A stretch of DNA of 64,000 bases from an uncultured Planctomycetia bacterium (GTDB lineage Bacteria > Omnitrophota > Gorgyraeia > Tantalellales > Tantalellaceae), in the NCBI GenBank assembly GCA_964527555.1, contig CAZGOG010000004.1, forward strand, positions 10,593-74,592, in the 5' to 3' direction. The position numbers were made by a program, and so were the translations under genes. The notes beneath the pieces were generated by a model, which saw nothing but the letters and a program-made list of their open reading frames with translations, did no database searches and was not told the DNA's origin. Position 1 is the stretch's first letter. The number at the start of each line of letters is the position of its first letter. Shown here piece by piece: positions 37,349 through 48,236 of this stretch.

Positions 37349-38575
37349 ATGGAAACACTTAACTTTGTAATAGTGGGGCATATTGATCACGGTAAATCCA
37401 CTCTTATCGGGAGGCTCCTTTATGACACCGACTCTCTTGCCCCGGACAAGATAGAAGAGATAAGGAACTCCTCGGAAGAATTGGGGAAAGATACTGAGTT
37501 TGCTTATCTACTGGATCACCTGGAAGAAGAGCGCCAGCAAGGCATCACCATCGAGACGACACAGGTCTTTTTCAAATCCGGCGGACGGGAATATGTCATT
37601 ATCGATGCTCCCGGTCATGTGGAGTTCGTCAAAAATATGATCACAGGCGCTTCACACGCCGAGGCGGCGGTTCTTTTAATCGATGCCGCTGAAGGCGTTA
37701 AGGAACAGACGAAACGGCATACTTACCTCCTGTCACTATTAGGGATAAAACAGATAATAGTGCTTATTAACAAGATGGACCTAGTTGGGTACAGTGAGGA
37801 GACGTTTAGATCTATCAAGGAAAAAATAGAGAAGTTCCTTGCCGGTATCGGCATGGAAGGCGCTTTTTACATACCGATCTCCGCTTTAAAGGGTGAAAAC
37901 GTCACAAAAACGTCAAAAGAAATACCTTGGTATAAAGGCCCCGCTTTCTTGGGATCCCTTAGCTCGCTTAAAGTGGAAAAGTCCGAAGAGGAAAAGCCGC
38001 TTCTTTTTCCTGTCCAGGATGTGTATAAGATCGAAGATAAAAGAGTGACCGTAGGCAGAGTCGAAGCAGGCGTCATTAAAAAAGGCCAGACCATAAAGAT
38101 CCTACCGCACGAACAGACTACCAAGGTAAAGACCATAGAGAAATATCCTTTCGTTGTAAATGAAAGCTCAAGCGGAGAAAGCATAGGAATTACTACCGAG
38201 GATAGGGTTTTCTTGGACCGCGGTGATATCGTGTGCGCCGAAGGGGAAGAGCCGCGTTTTACGGATTCTTTTTATGCGAATATAGTATGGCTTTCAAAAA
38301 AGGATTTCAGTAAAGATGAAAAACTGATCATTAAGTGCGCCACCCAGGAGACCACCTGCAGGATCGAAGAGATTAAAGAAAGAATAAATTCTTCTACTCT
38401 TGAAGTCGTTGAGGAAAACGCTAGCGGACTTAAAAATCTCGAAGTAGGAGAAGTTTTAATAAAGACCAAAAAACCCATAGCGGTTAAAACGTTTAGTGAT
38501 GTCCAGGAACTGGGCAGGTTCGTGCTTGTCAAGGACGAGAACACCTGCGCCGGCGGTATCGTAACTTCTTTATAA
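37349..38575 (+). CDS. cysN: Sulfate adenylyltransferase GTPase subunit (no fused APS kinase)
   Basis: [38 protein letters not shown]. Confidence 0.9.
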   Translation: METLNFVIVGHIDHGKSTLIGRLLYDTDSLAPDKIEEIRNSSEELGKDTEFAYLLDHLEEERQQGITIETTQVFFKSGGREYVIIDAPGHVEFVKNMITGASHAEAAVLLIDAAEGVKEQTKRHTYLLSLLGIKQIIVLINKMDLVGYSEETFRSIKEKIEKFLAGIGMEGAFYIPISALKGENVTKTSKEIPWYKGPAFLGSLSSLKVEKSEEEKPLLFPVQDVYKIEDKRVTVGRVEAGVIKKGQTIKILPHEQTTKVKTIEKYPFVVNESSSGESIGITTEDRVFLDRGDIVCAEGEEPRFTDSFYANIVWLSKKDFSKDEKLIIKCATQETTCRIEEIKERINSSTLEVVEENASGLKNLEVGEVLIKTKKPIAVKTFSDVQELGRFVLVKDENTCAGGIVTSL

Positions 38576-38594
38576 ACAAGGGAAACTACTAAAA

Positions 38595-39887
38595 ATGGCT
38601 AGAGTGGTAATCATAGGACTTGATGGCGTTCCGTACGGTCTTCTTGAGGATTTTGCAAAGCGGGGTATCATGCCCAGGACGAAAGAAGTCATTGAGAGGG
38701 GGACTTTCAGGAAAATGGCTTCTTCGATACCCGAGATCTCCTCGGTTGCCTGGTCTTCTGTCATAACAGGCAAAAATCCTGCCGAGCACGGGATCTTCGG
38801 GTTTACTGATTTCCCGGATAATACTTACAGGCTATCATTTCCCAATTTCAGTCAGCTGAAGACCGAGACTTTTTGGGAGAAGGATGCTTCCAGTCGTCAC
38901 ATCATCGTAAACGTCCCTTCCACTTATCCGGCACGCCGGCTTAACGGTATCCTGATATCGGGTTTTGTGGCTTTGGATCTTGAAAGAGCCGTTTATCCGA
39001 CTGCCATGCTCGCTCACCTGGAGAAAATGGATTACAGGGTCGATGTCGATTCCGCTAAAGCGCATAAATCGCTGGAGCTTTTTCTTAAGGACCTTAATAT
39101 CACCAACGAAACGCGTATAGGCGCTTACAGGCATCTCTGGGAAGAAGAATGGGACACCTTCATGTTTGTTTTTACCGGCAGTGATCGTCTCATGCACTTT
39201 TTGTGGGATGCTTACGAGGATGAGAGGCATGAGTTTCATCAGGAATTTGTGAATTATTTTCGAAGGATAGATATGATAATAGGTGAAATAGCCTCTAAGA
39301 TGAAAGAGGATGACTCGCTAATAATGCTTTCTGATCATGGGTTTGAAAGATTGGAAAAGGACGTGTATGTGAACCGCATCTTAAAGGAAGCCGGTTTTCT
39401 TAAATTGATGGAGGGGCAAGCGGTAAGTTTCAGCAGTATTGACCATGGCACTAGAGCATTTGCGCTTGACCCGGCTCGCATATATATAAATCTGGAAGAG
39501 AGGTATCCCCGCGGCAGCGTCCCTTTGAGAATGAGGGAGAAGGTTACGGAAGAAGTGGAAGAACTATTCAATAATTTCGAAATAGAGGGTGAAAAAGTCA
39601 TAAAGAGCCTTTACAGGAAGGAAGAGATATATTCCGGGACTTATTTTGACAGGGCTCCGGATCTTGTTCTTGTTGGAGAAAAAGGTTTTAACTTAAAGGC
39701 GGCTATAAACGCCGAAGAGGTCTGGTCAAAAGGTATTTTTACGGGCAAGCATACACAAGAGGATGCGTTTCTTCTGGTTAACAGGAAATGTAATACTGAT
39801 ATTATTCCAGAAAACGTCACAGTAAGCGATGTTGTCGGTGTTATAGACAGATTAAAGGAGGCAATAAATGAGCGGCAAGTTGCATAA
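38595..39887 (+). CDS. Alkaline-phosphatase superfamily (nucleotide pyrophosphatase/phosphodiesterase-like) protein
   Basis: IIGLDG, ISSVAWSSVITGKNPAEHG, SDHG, GKH; no signal peptide. Confidence 0.85.
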   Translation: MARVVIIGLDGVPYGLLEDFAKRGIMPRTKEVIERGTFRKMASSIPEISSVAWSSVITGKNPAEHGIFGFTDFPDNTYRLSFPNFSQLKTETFWEKDASSRHIIVNVPSTYPARRLNGILISGFVALDLERAVYPTAMLAHLEKMDYRVDVDSAKAHKSLELFLKDLNITNETRIGAYRHLWEEEWDTFMFVFTGSDRLMHFLWDAYEDERHEFHQEFVNYFRRIDMIIGEIASKMKEDDSLIMLSDHGFERLEKDVYVNRILKEAGFLKLMEGQAVSFSSIDHGTRAFALDPARIYINLEERYPRGSVPLRMREKVTEEVEELFNNFEIEGEKVIKSLYRKEEIYSGTYFDRAPDLVLVGEKGFNLKAAINAEEVWSKGIFTGKHTQEDAFLLVNRKCNTDIIPENVTVSDVVGVIDRLKEAINERQVA

Positions 39888-41415
39888 TGCGGAATGTACA
39901 TGCTGGAACTGTCCTGCGATAAACTTGGCAGGTAAGGTGGATTTCAGGGCCTGTGGCCAGTCCACGGCTGAATTTGACAAGCGTAAAGACACCTCTTCCG
40001 AAAGTCACATCATGGCTGAGTGTAAGAGGCGTCCCGAGCTCGGGCTTTTTGACCCGACGAGCATCACTTTCAGGGAGTGTCCCGAATGGGTCGAAAGCCC
40101 TTACGGATATCTGCTTAAGAACATGCGCGTCATGATACTGGGGATGGACGGGTATCTGGGGTGGACACTGGCGCTCTGGCTTTCTAAACTGGGATGCAGG
40201 GTAAGCGGAGTGGATAATTACAGCCGGCGCAATTGGGTGAAAGAGAGAGGTTCTCATACGGTTGTTCCTGTAGCTACCATGACGGACCGGCTTCATGTCG
40301 CAAAGGAGGTGCTGGACACGACCATAGATTTCCGTGAACTTGATATAATGGACAGGGAGCTATTAAAGGAGTTCATCGAAGAAATAAAACCGGAGGCGAT
40401 CGTCCATTACGGCGAGTGCCCCAGTGCGCCGTACAGTATGATAGATTTTGAGCATGCAAGCTATGTCCAGAAGAACAATGTCATAGGGACGCTGGGATTA
40501 CTTTTCACCATGCACGAGGCTGTTCCAGAGACTTCTCTCATAAAACTCGGTACGATGGGTGAGTACGGTACGCCTCTTACCGGCCGGCCGCTTTTTGAGG
40601 GGATGTTTCCCGCCGATGCCGTTCTTAGCTGGCAGGGACGCCAGTGGAGCATGGGAGGGGAACTTACCCCGCGCGACCCGGTTTCTTTTTATCACTGCTC
40701 TAAAGTGCAGGATACTTTCAACGTCTATGAAGCGTGTAAATACTGGTGGCTGCGTTCCTATGACGTAATGCAGGGCGTTATATACGGGGTTCATACCGAT
40801 CAGGTAAGCGCCGATCCGCGTCTCAGGACGCGTTTTGATATAGACGAATGTTTCGGCACGGTTATAAACCGTTATGTTGCCCAGGCGGTTATAGGATTCC
40901 CGCTTACGCTTTACGGGGCGGGAGAACAGGTAAGGGGTTTTATCGCTTTGGAAGAAGCGATGAGATGCATGACTAGACTCATTGCCAAACCTCCCGAACC
41001 GGGACAGTACGGGGTTGTGAACCAGATGTCGGGGTACTGCAGCATGAGGAGGCTTGCTGAGACGGTCAAAAAAGTCGGGGAGAAGGAATTCGGACTCAAG
41101 GTAAAGATCCAGCGCGTTGAGAACCCGCGGGTTGAAGCTGATAGGCACCCCTTTGAGCCCATCTTCAAGAACCTTCCCGAAGAGTTCGGATTCGTTCAGA
41201 AAAATATGCTCGAGGAAGAGATTTACAGGATGTTTAAACTTCTTACCCAGCGTAGGATAAAAGGAAGGATCGAGGAGAAAAAGCACCTTATCCTGCCTAA
41301 GACCTGGTGGTCAGGCGTGAAGAAAGAAGTTGAAAGACTGGAACTTATTGAAAACGGAAATGATATCAAAAAGGTGAAAGCCGAAGATGGCGAAACCGTT
41401 AGCGTTGGCAGATAA
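39868..41415 (+). CDS. sqdB: UDP-sulfoquinovose synthase-like SDR (SqdB/Agl3) with Cys-rich N-terminal extension
   Basis: GMDGYLGW, SAPYSM, NNVIGT, KLGTMGEYGTP, SFYHCSKV, QGVIYG, NPRVE. Confidence 0.8.
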   Translation: MSGKLHNAECTCWNCPAINLAGKVDFRACGQSTAEFDKRKDTSSESHIMAECKRRPELGLFDPTSITFRECPEWVESPYGYLLKNMRVMILGMDGYLGWTLALWLSKLGCRVSGVDNYSRRNWVKERGSHTVVPVATMTDRLHVAKEVLDTTIDFRELDIMDRELLKEFIEEIKPEAIVHYGECPSAPYSMIDFEHASYVQKNNVIGTLGLLFTMHEAVPETSLIKLGTMGEYGTPLTGRPLFEGMFPADAVLSWQGRQWSMGGELTPRDPVSFYHCSKVQDTFNVYEACKYWWLRSYDVMQGVIYGVHTDQVSADPRLRTRFDIDECFGTVINRYVAQAVIGFPLTLYGAGEQVRGFIALEEAMRCMTRLIAKPPEPGQYGVVNQMSGYCSMRRLAETVKKVGEKEFGLKVKIQRVENPRVEADRHPFEPIFKNLPEEFGFVQKNMLEEEIYRMFKLLTQRRIKGRIEEKKHLILPKTWWSGVKKEVERLELIENGNDIKKVKAEDGETVSVGR

Positions 41416-41704
41416 TAGTTTTGAAAACGAAGTTATAGCTTCCAAGCAGCCAGTTTTGGTGGATTTTTGGGCATCTTGGTGCCCTCCGTGCAAAATGGTG
41501 GAGCCCACGATCGGGGAACTTGCACAAGAGATCAGCGATAAGGTGAAGATAACAAAGATAAACGTTGACCAGAATCCTAAAAGCGCATCTGACTATAATA
41601 TAATGGGTGTTCCGACCTTTATTCTTTTTAAAGACGGCAAGGAGGTCACCAGGCGGGTAGGCGCTCAATCCAAGGCGCAGCTTTTAGATATGCTAGAGAC
41701 ATAA
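41387..41704 (+). CDS. trxA: Thioredoxin (WCPPC)
   Basis: PVLVDFWASWCPPCK, INVDQNP, GVPT. Confidence 0.9.
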   Translation: MAKPLALADNSFENEVIASKQPVLVDFWASWCPPCKMVEPTIGELAQEISDKVKITKINVDQNPKSASDYNIMGVPTFILFKDGKEVTRRVGAQSKAQLLDMLET

Positions 41705-41719
41705 ATACTAGACAAACAA

Positions 41720-42670
41720 ATGCGGAAGAAAGTTTTTATAACAGGAGGCGCCGGCTTCATCGGCGCCAATTTTGTCAAATACCTCCTGGATAAAGGAGGG
41801 GTTGATATAACTGTCTATGATAACCTTTCGGCATGTTCCGGGGCAAATTTAACGGCAGCTATAGAAGATTCCGCGAGGAAAGGGAAAGTAAAACTCGTTG
41901 AAGGTGATATTCTAGATACTACTGAATTATATAAATCTATTAAAGGACATAACGCGGTAGTTCATCTCGCTGCGCATACACAGGTGGTGGAGTCCCTTAA
42001 GGACCCCAAAGAGAATTTTGAAATTAATGCCACGGGTACTTTGAATATTCTGGAAGCCGCCCGGGCAAATAAGATAAAAAGGTTTGTTTTTGCTTCTTCT
42101 AATGCGGCAGTTGGGGAGCAAATCCCTCCAATAAATGAACGGATGGTACCAGCGCCCCTTTCCCCGTACGGAGCGACCAAGCTGCACGGGGAGGCATTAT
42201 GCTCGGCGTATTTTCATTCCTATGATATGGAGACTATATCTCTTCGTTTCGCGAATGCTTACGGGCTGTATTCGAAGCATAAGACGTCAGTGGTGGCGAA
42301 ATTTTTAAAGAAATCTAAAAAAGCGCAAAAACTTGAGATATACGGCGACGGCAAGCAAACCCGCGATTTTATCCACGCGCGTGACATCGCGCAGGCGATA
42401 TTTTTATCTCTTAAGACTTATAATAATAACCGTAAAAATTCGGTTTTTGGCGGAGTTTTTCAGATTGCTACGGGAGAAGAGACCAGGATAACCGATTTAG
42501 CTAAAATGGTAAATGCACTCAAAGGTAAAGAGAGGGGGAATGTAAAGTTTTCTCCTCCCAGAAAAGGCGAGATAAGGAAGAATTTCTCGGATATCTCAAA
42601 AGCGAAAAGACTTCTAAAGTTCTGCCCTTCCATTACCCTGGAAGAAGGTATAAGTGAGCTTTTTGCCTAG
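41720..42670 (+). CDS. NAD-dependent nucleotide-sugar epimerase/dehydratase
   Basis: TGGAGFIG, SPYGATK, YGDGKQTRDF. Confidence 0.92.
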   Translation: MRKKVFITGGAGFIGANFVKYLLDKGGVDITVYDNLSACSGANLTAAIEDSARKGKVKLVEGDILDTTELYKSIKGHNAVVHLAAHTQVVESLKDPKENFEINATGTLNILEAARANKIKRFVFASSNAAVGEQIPPINERMVPAPLSPYGATKLHGEALCSAYFHSYDMETISLRFANAYGLYSKHKTSVVAKFLKKSKKAQKLEIYGDGKQTRDFIHARDIAQAIFLSLKTYNNNRKNSVFGGVFQIATGEETRITDLAKMVNALKGKERGNVKFSPPRKGEIRKNFSDISKAKRLLKFCPSITLEEGISELFA

Positions 42671-42701
42671 CACGGCAAAAAGAAAAGCGTTGGAGCCGGC
42701 C

Positions 42702-43673
42702 ATGGATATGAACACTGCGAAAGATAAGAAGTTTTTACTCTCCGTTGTAGTGCCAGTCTGTAACGAGGAAGAGAACCTTAAAGGGTTTCATAGGTGCTTA
42801 AGAGACGTTCTTGACAAGACGGGTGAAAGGACTGAGATTGTTTTTGTCGATGACGGTAGCCGTGATTCCAGCCTTGAAATAATGAAGGAGCTTTACAAAG
42901 AGGATCCCGACATAGTCATAGTGCATCTTTCCAGAAATTTCGGTCACCAGCTTGCCATTACCGCAGGGATAGATCATGCCAGAGGTGACGCGGTAGTTAC
43001 GATCGATGCGGATCTTCAGGACCCGCCGGAACTTATCCTTAAGATGCTCGAGGAATGGAAAAAGGGATACGATGTTGTCAATGCTGCCAGAGACGCGCGG
43101 GAGGGCGAGGGAATTATCAAACTTTTTACCGCTTCAGCGTTTTACTGGGTGATACAGAGGATCACGCATGTGGATATGTCTATGAGCGAGGGAGATTTTC
43201 GTCTGATTGACAGGAAAGTCGCTCAAGGGCTGAAGAGAATAAAGGAGAGACACCGTTATATACGGGGTTTGGTTTCCTGGATGGGGTATAAGCAAACGGT
43301 AATAAAATATAAGCGCGACAGGAGGGCAAAGGGGAAACCAAAATATTCATTATGGAAATCTTTTATCCTGGCTGTTGATGCGATTACCACCTTTTCATAT
43401 ATTCCGCTACGCATAGCTGTCGTAACGGGATTTTTTCTGTCGTTCTGCGCATTGGTAATGGGAATTTATATAGTATTTTTGAAGGTTTTTACAAGCCAAA
43501 TAAGGGTCCCCGGCTATGCGGCCTTGTTTACAGCCACGGTGTTTCTGGGTGGAGTGCAGCTAATTGTTCTGGGTATTGTAGGAGAGTATTTGGGGCGCTG
43601 TTTTGAAGAAACCAGGCAAAGGCCGCTGTATTATGTCAGGGATTTGATTCGAAGGGACTCTTGTGAAAAATAA
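42702..43673 (+). CDS. GT2 polyprenol-phosphate glycosyltransferase (GtrB/ArnC-like)
   Basis: VDDGSRD, SRNFGHQLA, DADLQDPP, two C-terminal TM, GEYLGR; start after GGAG. Confidence 0.9.
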   Translation: MDMNTAKDKKFLLSVVVPVCNEEENLKGFHRCLRDVLDKTGERTEIVFVDDGSRDSSLEIMKELYKEDPDIVIVHLSRNFGHQLAITAGIDHARGDAVVTIDADLQDPPELILKMLEEWKKGYDVVNAARDAREGEGIIKLFTASAFYWVIQRITHVDMSMSEGDFRLIDRKVAQGLKRIKERHRYIRGLVSWMGYKQTVIKYKRDRRAKGKPKYSLWKSFILAVDAITTFSYIPLRIAVVTGFFLSFCALVMGIYIVFLKVFTSQIRVPGYAALFTATVFLGGVQLIVLGIVGEYLGRCFEETRQRPLYYVRDLIRRDSCEK

Positions 43674-43693
43674 AAGGGTGATAAATCAAGTAG

Positions 43694-44425
43694 ATGCTTA
43701 GGACTCTCAATGAAAAAAAAAATAGAGGCACCAGATTTGATACCCAAAGGTCTAAAGATTTTTTCAATAAACTAGGGAAAAATTATGTCAAGTCTGCCAA
43801 AGCTGAATACGACCGCATATACAGCCGTACCGCCAGTATCATAGAGCCATATCTAAAAGGAAAAGTCTTGAATCTGGGGAGCGGCGGGATAGATCTTCCA
43901 GATTCAAGGGGTATGACCCTGCAAGTTTCACTAGATACCTCAGAGGAACTGATTAAATGTCACAAGCTTGGAGAAGGGCGCGAAGCTATTTGCGCGGAGG
44001 CAAGAGATCTCCCTTTCGAAGGGGAATCGTTTGATGTGATTGTGGCTCATTTTTCCCTGCATCATTTTGCTCAAGAATCGGTCTTTCTCACGTTCGAATA
44101 CGTTCGAGAGGTTTTTCGAAGTATAAAAAGAATTATAAAAAAAAGGGGCAAGGTAATAATAGCGGAAAACACCGTCAATGATGCTGTCGCTTTTTTTGAG
44201 AAACTGGGCTACCCTGCGCTAAGGTCAATATTAAGCAGATCAAAACGACCTCCTGTTTATTTATTTTCCGTGAGGACGCTGAACGCCTTTTTAAAAGAGG
44301 CGGGATTCAGGCTTTTAAATTTCACAAGTTTCAAAGAGGAGGCAAAACCGCTTCTACTGCCTTTTTCTATTCCAAGAAGCGTGAACCCTATGTCCATATC
44401 TGTATTTATCGGGGAAAAACAATGA
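43694..44425 (+). CDS. Class I SAM-dependent methyltransferase
   Basis: VLNLGSGG, LPFEGESFD, LHH. Confidence 0.8.
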   Translation: MLRTLNEKKNRGTRFDTQRSKDFFNKLGKNYVKSAKAEYDRIYSRTASIIEPYLKGKVLNLGSGGIDLPDSRGMTLQVSLDTSEELIKCHKLGEGREAICAEARDLPFEGESFDVIVAHFSLHHFAQESVFLTFEYVREVFRSIKRIIKKRGKVIIAENTVNDAVAFFEKLGYPALRSILSRSKRPPVYLFSVRTLNAFLKEAGFRLLNFTSFKEEAKPLLLPFSIPRSVNPMSISVFIGEKQ

Positions 44426-45249
44426 ATACTGAAAGTACTGGGCTTAAGAGGCTGGACTCCGAAGAGAGATTTCATGACAGCTATGCGGATTCGCTAAAAG
44501 CGGAAGAGCTTTTGGTCGATGAAAGCTTTGAAGCCCTTACTGCGCAGGAGAATAAGTTTGTACTGGAAGAGTTTGGTTCACTTTGCGGTAAGTCATTACT
44601 TGATCTTGGCTGCGGCGCGGGAGAATCCGCCGTTTATTTCGCAAAGAAAGGCGCCAAAGTCACGGCGGTAGATATTTCAAGCGGGATGCTGAGGCGAGCG
44701 GAAGAGCTGGCCGGCATTCACGGCGTAAGTATCGAAACTTTGCAACTGGACGCCGGGGACATTATGTCGTTGGGGAGTCGATTTGATTACATCTACGGAA
44801 ACGGCGTTTTGCATCATATGGATTTCGAGAACATGATAGCTGACGTTAAAAAAGTGCTATCTCCCGGCGGTAAAGCCGTCTTTATAGAGCCGTTTGCCCA
44901 CAATTTTATAATTAACATATACCGCAGGCTAGCGAAAGATGTGCGCAGTCCGCAGGAAGAGCCGCTTAAGTTTAGGGATATAAAATTCTTCAGGAGACAT
45001 TTTAAAGAGGTAAAGCATAAAGAATTCTGGTTTTTTTCTTTGTTGGTTTTTGTCGTTTTGTTTCTTAAGGGGATACATCCCTCAAGGGAGCGTTATTGGA
45101 AGTATGTTATCAGACATGCTGAGGAATATAAACAAATGTTTCTTATTTTAAGTTCTTTGGACAGAGTGATATTAAAAGTGTTCCCCTTTCTTGGGAGATT
45201 TTGTTGGAATACGGTAGTTGTTCTGGAAGAGCCGTACCATGAGAAGTGA
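44422..45249 (+). CDS. Class I SAM-dependent methyltransferase
   Basis: LLDLGCGAG, VDIS, VLHH, LSPGG. Confidence 0.88.
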   Translation: MNTESTGLKRLDSEERFHDSYADSLKAEELLVDESFEALTAQENKFVLEEFGSLCGKSLLDLGCGAGESAVYFAKKGAKVTAVDISSGMLRRAEELAGIHGVSIETLQLDAGDIMSLGSRFDYIYGNGVLHHMDFENMIADVKKVLSPGGKAVFIEPFAHNFIINIYRRLAKDVRSPQEEPLKFRDIKFFRRHFKEVKHKEFWFFSLLVFVVLFLKGIHPSRERYWKYVIRHAEEYKQMFLILSSLDRVILKVFPFLGRFCWNTVVVLEEPYHEK

Positions 45250-45964
45250 TACATATAAATGGCTTGATGATATTCAAGACAACCATTGGTGGCTTAATGC
45301 CAGGAAAGAGATCGTCACGAATCTATTTGAGAAATATTCGGATTCTGATTTGTTGAATATTCTGGAGATAGGTTTTGGGACCGGTGGAGTTTTGGAAGCG
45401 GTATCAAGGTATGGTCAAGCGTGGGGTATGGATAGTGCTGAGGCTATAAAGTATGCCCAAAAGCGGTATCCCGACACTCGTCTTTTTGAGGGCAGATTAC
45501 CCGATGAAGTACCTTTTCCGGAAAACTCGGTCGATAGAGTCATAATGCTTGATGTGCTTGAGCATATTGAGGATGACTCTTTATCTCTGAAAAAAATAGC
45601 GGGTTTACTTCGGCCTGGAGGAATGCTTTTTTTGACGGTTCCAGCATTTAGTTTTTTATGGGGCAAGCATGATATGGATGCAATGCATAGAAGAAGGTAC
45701 AGCCGTAGAGAAATCATCCAGAAACTAAAAGGGGCAGGGTTTGATATAGTAAAATGCAGTTATTTTAATATGTTTTTATTCTTTCCGATAGCTCTTGCAA
45801 AGATGAGTAACAAAATAAGGACTAGTTCTGTGGAAAAAAAAGAATTTCCGCAAGTGATAGAGAATTTATTTTATAACATTTTTAGAAGCGAAAAGATTTT
45901 TCTTGAGAGATTCAATTTGCCCTTTGGCATATCAATAATCTGTATCGTTCAAAAAAATAAATGA
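45239..45964 (+). CDS. Class I SAM-dependent methyltransferase
   Basis: HWW, LEIGFGTG, DVLEH, LTVPA, HRRRY; start at ATG 45239. Confidence 0.88.
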   Translation: MRSDTYKWLDDIQDNHWWLNARKEIVTNLFEKYSDSDLLNILEIGFGTGGVLEAVSRYGQAWGMDSAEAIKYAQKRYPDTRLFEGRLPDEVPFPENSVDRVIMLDVLEHIEDDSLSLKKIAGLLRPGGMLFLTVPAFSFLWGKHDMDAMHRRRYSRREIIQKLKGAGFDIVKCSYFNMFLFFPIALAKMSNKIRTSSVEKKEFPQVIENLFYNIFRSEKIFLERFNLPFGISIICIVQKNK

Positions 45965-46602
45965 AAATGAATAATATAGAGAAAAAAATCTTATCTTTAT
46001 GTAAAAGGGGTAAAATCTTCAGATTTTTTACTAGACTTAAATTTTCTCTGATACCTTTTAATAAGATAAGCGAGCTATTGCCGGATGAAGGTCAGATTTA
46101 TGAACTTGGTTCAGGGTACGGGTTTGAGGCAGCTTATCTGGCTTTAGATAAACCGGGAAGAGTTGTTACCGGGATTGATATAGATAAAAAACGCGTTGAA
46201 ACAGCTAAAAATATCACAGAAAAAGTGTCTAATCTAAGATTCTCATGTGCGGATATAAAAGAGGTAGATCTTTCCGAGTCTAACGGTATATTGATGGTTA
46301 GTTTCCTGCATCATTTGCAATACCCGGATCAGGTGGCTCTAATAAAGAAGTGCTACGATTCTTTAACAGCGAATGGGACATTACTTATTTTAGATCCGGT
46401 TAATCATCCTCCGTTTAAAAATTTCATGAACTGGTTAAGTGACTGGCTATTGTATCCGTTCTCTGATAAGGCTTTTTTACGTTCGAAAGATGATCTGGTG
46501 GATTTGGTAGAGTCAGCCGGTTTTGACGCGCGGGGTGAGATAGAGAAAAGTAGCGGCTGGGGACTATTTTCTTATGCGCTTGTTGTGGGGAAGAAGCTAT
46601 GA
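45961..46602 (+). CDS. Class I SAM-dependent methyltransferase
   Basis: ELGSGYG, GIDID, LHH. Confidence 0.85.
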   Translation: MKMNNIEKKILSLCKRGKIFRFFTRLKFSLIPFNKISELLPDEGQIYELGSGYGFEAAYLALDKPGRVVTGIDIDKKRVETAKNITEKVSNLRFSCADIKEVDLSESNGILMVSFLHHLQYPDQVALIKKCYDSLTANGTLLILDPVNHPPFKNFMNWLSDWLLYPFSDKAFLRSKDDLVDLVESAGFDARGEIEKSSGWGLFSYALVVGKKL

Positions 46603-48236
46603 AAAAGGCAAATTTAAGAGGAGCAACTATCGCATTAATGATATTCATTCTTGTAATAAGTCTGGCCTATTACGGCGCTTATTACAACAAGCTGGCGTAT
46701 CCCGTTAAGGATTACGGCTGTTTGCTTTCAGGCGGGGCGAGGGTTTCTTCCGGACAGATGCCTTATATCAATTTTTTCTCTTATTATCCGCCGTTACGTT
46801 ATCTAGTGTTGGGGGGATGGTTTAAAATGTTGGGAGTTTCGGTGGAATCCTCTCAATTACTTTTAGCTTTCTTGTTAACTCTTTCTAATCTTTTGCTTTT
46901 TTTGGTTGCTTGCAGATTTCTGCCCAGGATCTTAGCTTTGATCCCGGTGATCATTCATCTAATAATGCCGGGACCATGGTGGAAAGTCTGGTTTATGCTT
47001 TCCGTGTTAACGGGTCTTTTGTTTATTTTGAGGTATATTGAAAGACCCGATAAACTGCGCGCTTCTCTAGCGGGTTTTGCATGCGGTATTATGATATGGA
47101 TAAGGCAGGATATAGGATGTTATCTTCTGCTTACACTGGCGGTTATTTTCGTAATAACATATCTAAAGAAAACTCCGCTAAGGAATTTTATTTACTGCGT
47201 TTCAGGTGGGATAGCAAGCGGCATGACATTTATCTTTTATTACATGCTAAGAGGCGGCAATATAGTTGATTTTTTCAGGGATACCCTATGGACCGTTTAT
47301 ATCACCAGGCAGGCTGCCGGTGATGCTGCGCGTTTCTGGGTCTATCCCAATACTTTGTTCGGCATTGCAGGAATTCTGTTTATGTTCATTTTCGCTTTTA
47401 TCATATATAAGAGAAGGGAAGATATGACACTTTTTACCCGTTTGTGTGCTTTATTGATCATGACGGGTTTTTGCTTTTTCCATATGCAGATAGGCAGTTT
47501 CAAGTATTATAGGTTCCCGCAGGATCAGGCGTTAATGTATATAATTATGGTGTTTATCGGATTAGAGACATACCGGCTTATGGCGGGTAAAACAAATAAG
47601 ATGCTTGTGAGAGTAAGCTCTTCCTTGGTTCTTGTATTTATAATTTCCGGCATTTCCTTTTATTCTTATTATACTTTCTTTGCCCTAAGTAAAAGCGGTT
47701 ACTTTGCTTACACGGGTATTTTACCGTACTTTAAGAAAAACTGGCAAAAGACAAATATAGAACGCATGGGTAATGTCATGATTAAACGGGAAAAAGCCAT
47801 GGCGTTTAAGAATGCGATTAAGGCGATCGACAGCGCCGCGGAAGTCAATGAAGATGTTTTCTATGGCAGTAATGCTTTTTTGGCTTTTCTTTCCGCCCAT
47901 CCCACACCGGCAAGGGAGGATGTAGTGTACTTTCTTTTTGCCGATAAAAGCGTTATGCGGGATTTTCTGGAAAGGGCAAAAGAAAAAGCTCCAAAAGTTG
48001 TTGTTTTATCGGCGGTAGATCGCCGGATCGCAAGACGTAATCCCGAAGAAAATATTAGGCCGGTTCTTGATTTTGTTAAGAATAACTATGATTTTTCCGA
48101 GAAAGTTGGCAGATATTACGTTTTTGTTAAGGCTGAAAACCCTGATAGGATTGAGACGGAAAAGCGTCTTAACAGTCTATTCTTTGGAGGCGGGAAGAAA
48201 GAGAAATCAGCCAGGGCGAAGCATGATTATGAATAA
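46599..48236 (+). CDS. Multi-pass membrane protein, GT-C (ArnT/GtrII)-like
   Basis: N-terminal TM then DYG...GQMPYINFFSYYPP, about 11 TM, RQDIG, soluble C-terminal domain. Confidence 0.65.
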   Translation: MKKANLRGATIALMIFILVISLAYYGAYYNKLAYPVKDYGCLLSGGARVSSGQMPYINFFSYYPPLRYLVLGGWFKMLGVSVESSQLLLAFLLTLSNLLLFLVACRFLPRILALIPVIIHLIMPGPWWKVWFMLSVLTGLLFILRYIERPDKLRASLAGFACGIMIWIRQDIGCYLLLTLAVIFVITYLKKTPLRNFIYCVSGGIASGMTFIFYYMLRGGNIVDFFRDTLWTVYITRQAAGDAARFWVYPNTLFGIAGILFMFIFAFIIYKRREDMTLFTRLCALLIMTGFCFFHMQIGSFKYYRFPQDQALMYIIMVFIGLETYRLMAGKTNKMLVRVSSSLVLVFIISGISFYSYYTFFALSKSGYFAYTGILPYFKKNWQKTNIERMGNVMIKREKAMAFKNAIKAIDSAAEVNEDVFYGSNAFLAFLSAHPTPAREDVVYFLFADKSVMRDFLERAKEKAPKVVVLSAVDRRIARRNPEENIRPVLDFVKNNYDFSEKVGRYYVFVKAENPDRIETEKRLNSLFFGGGKKEKSARAKHDYE

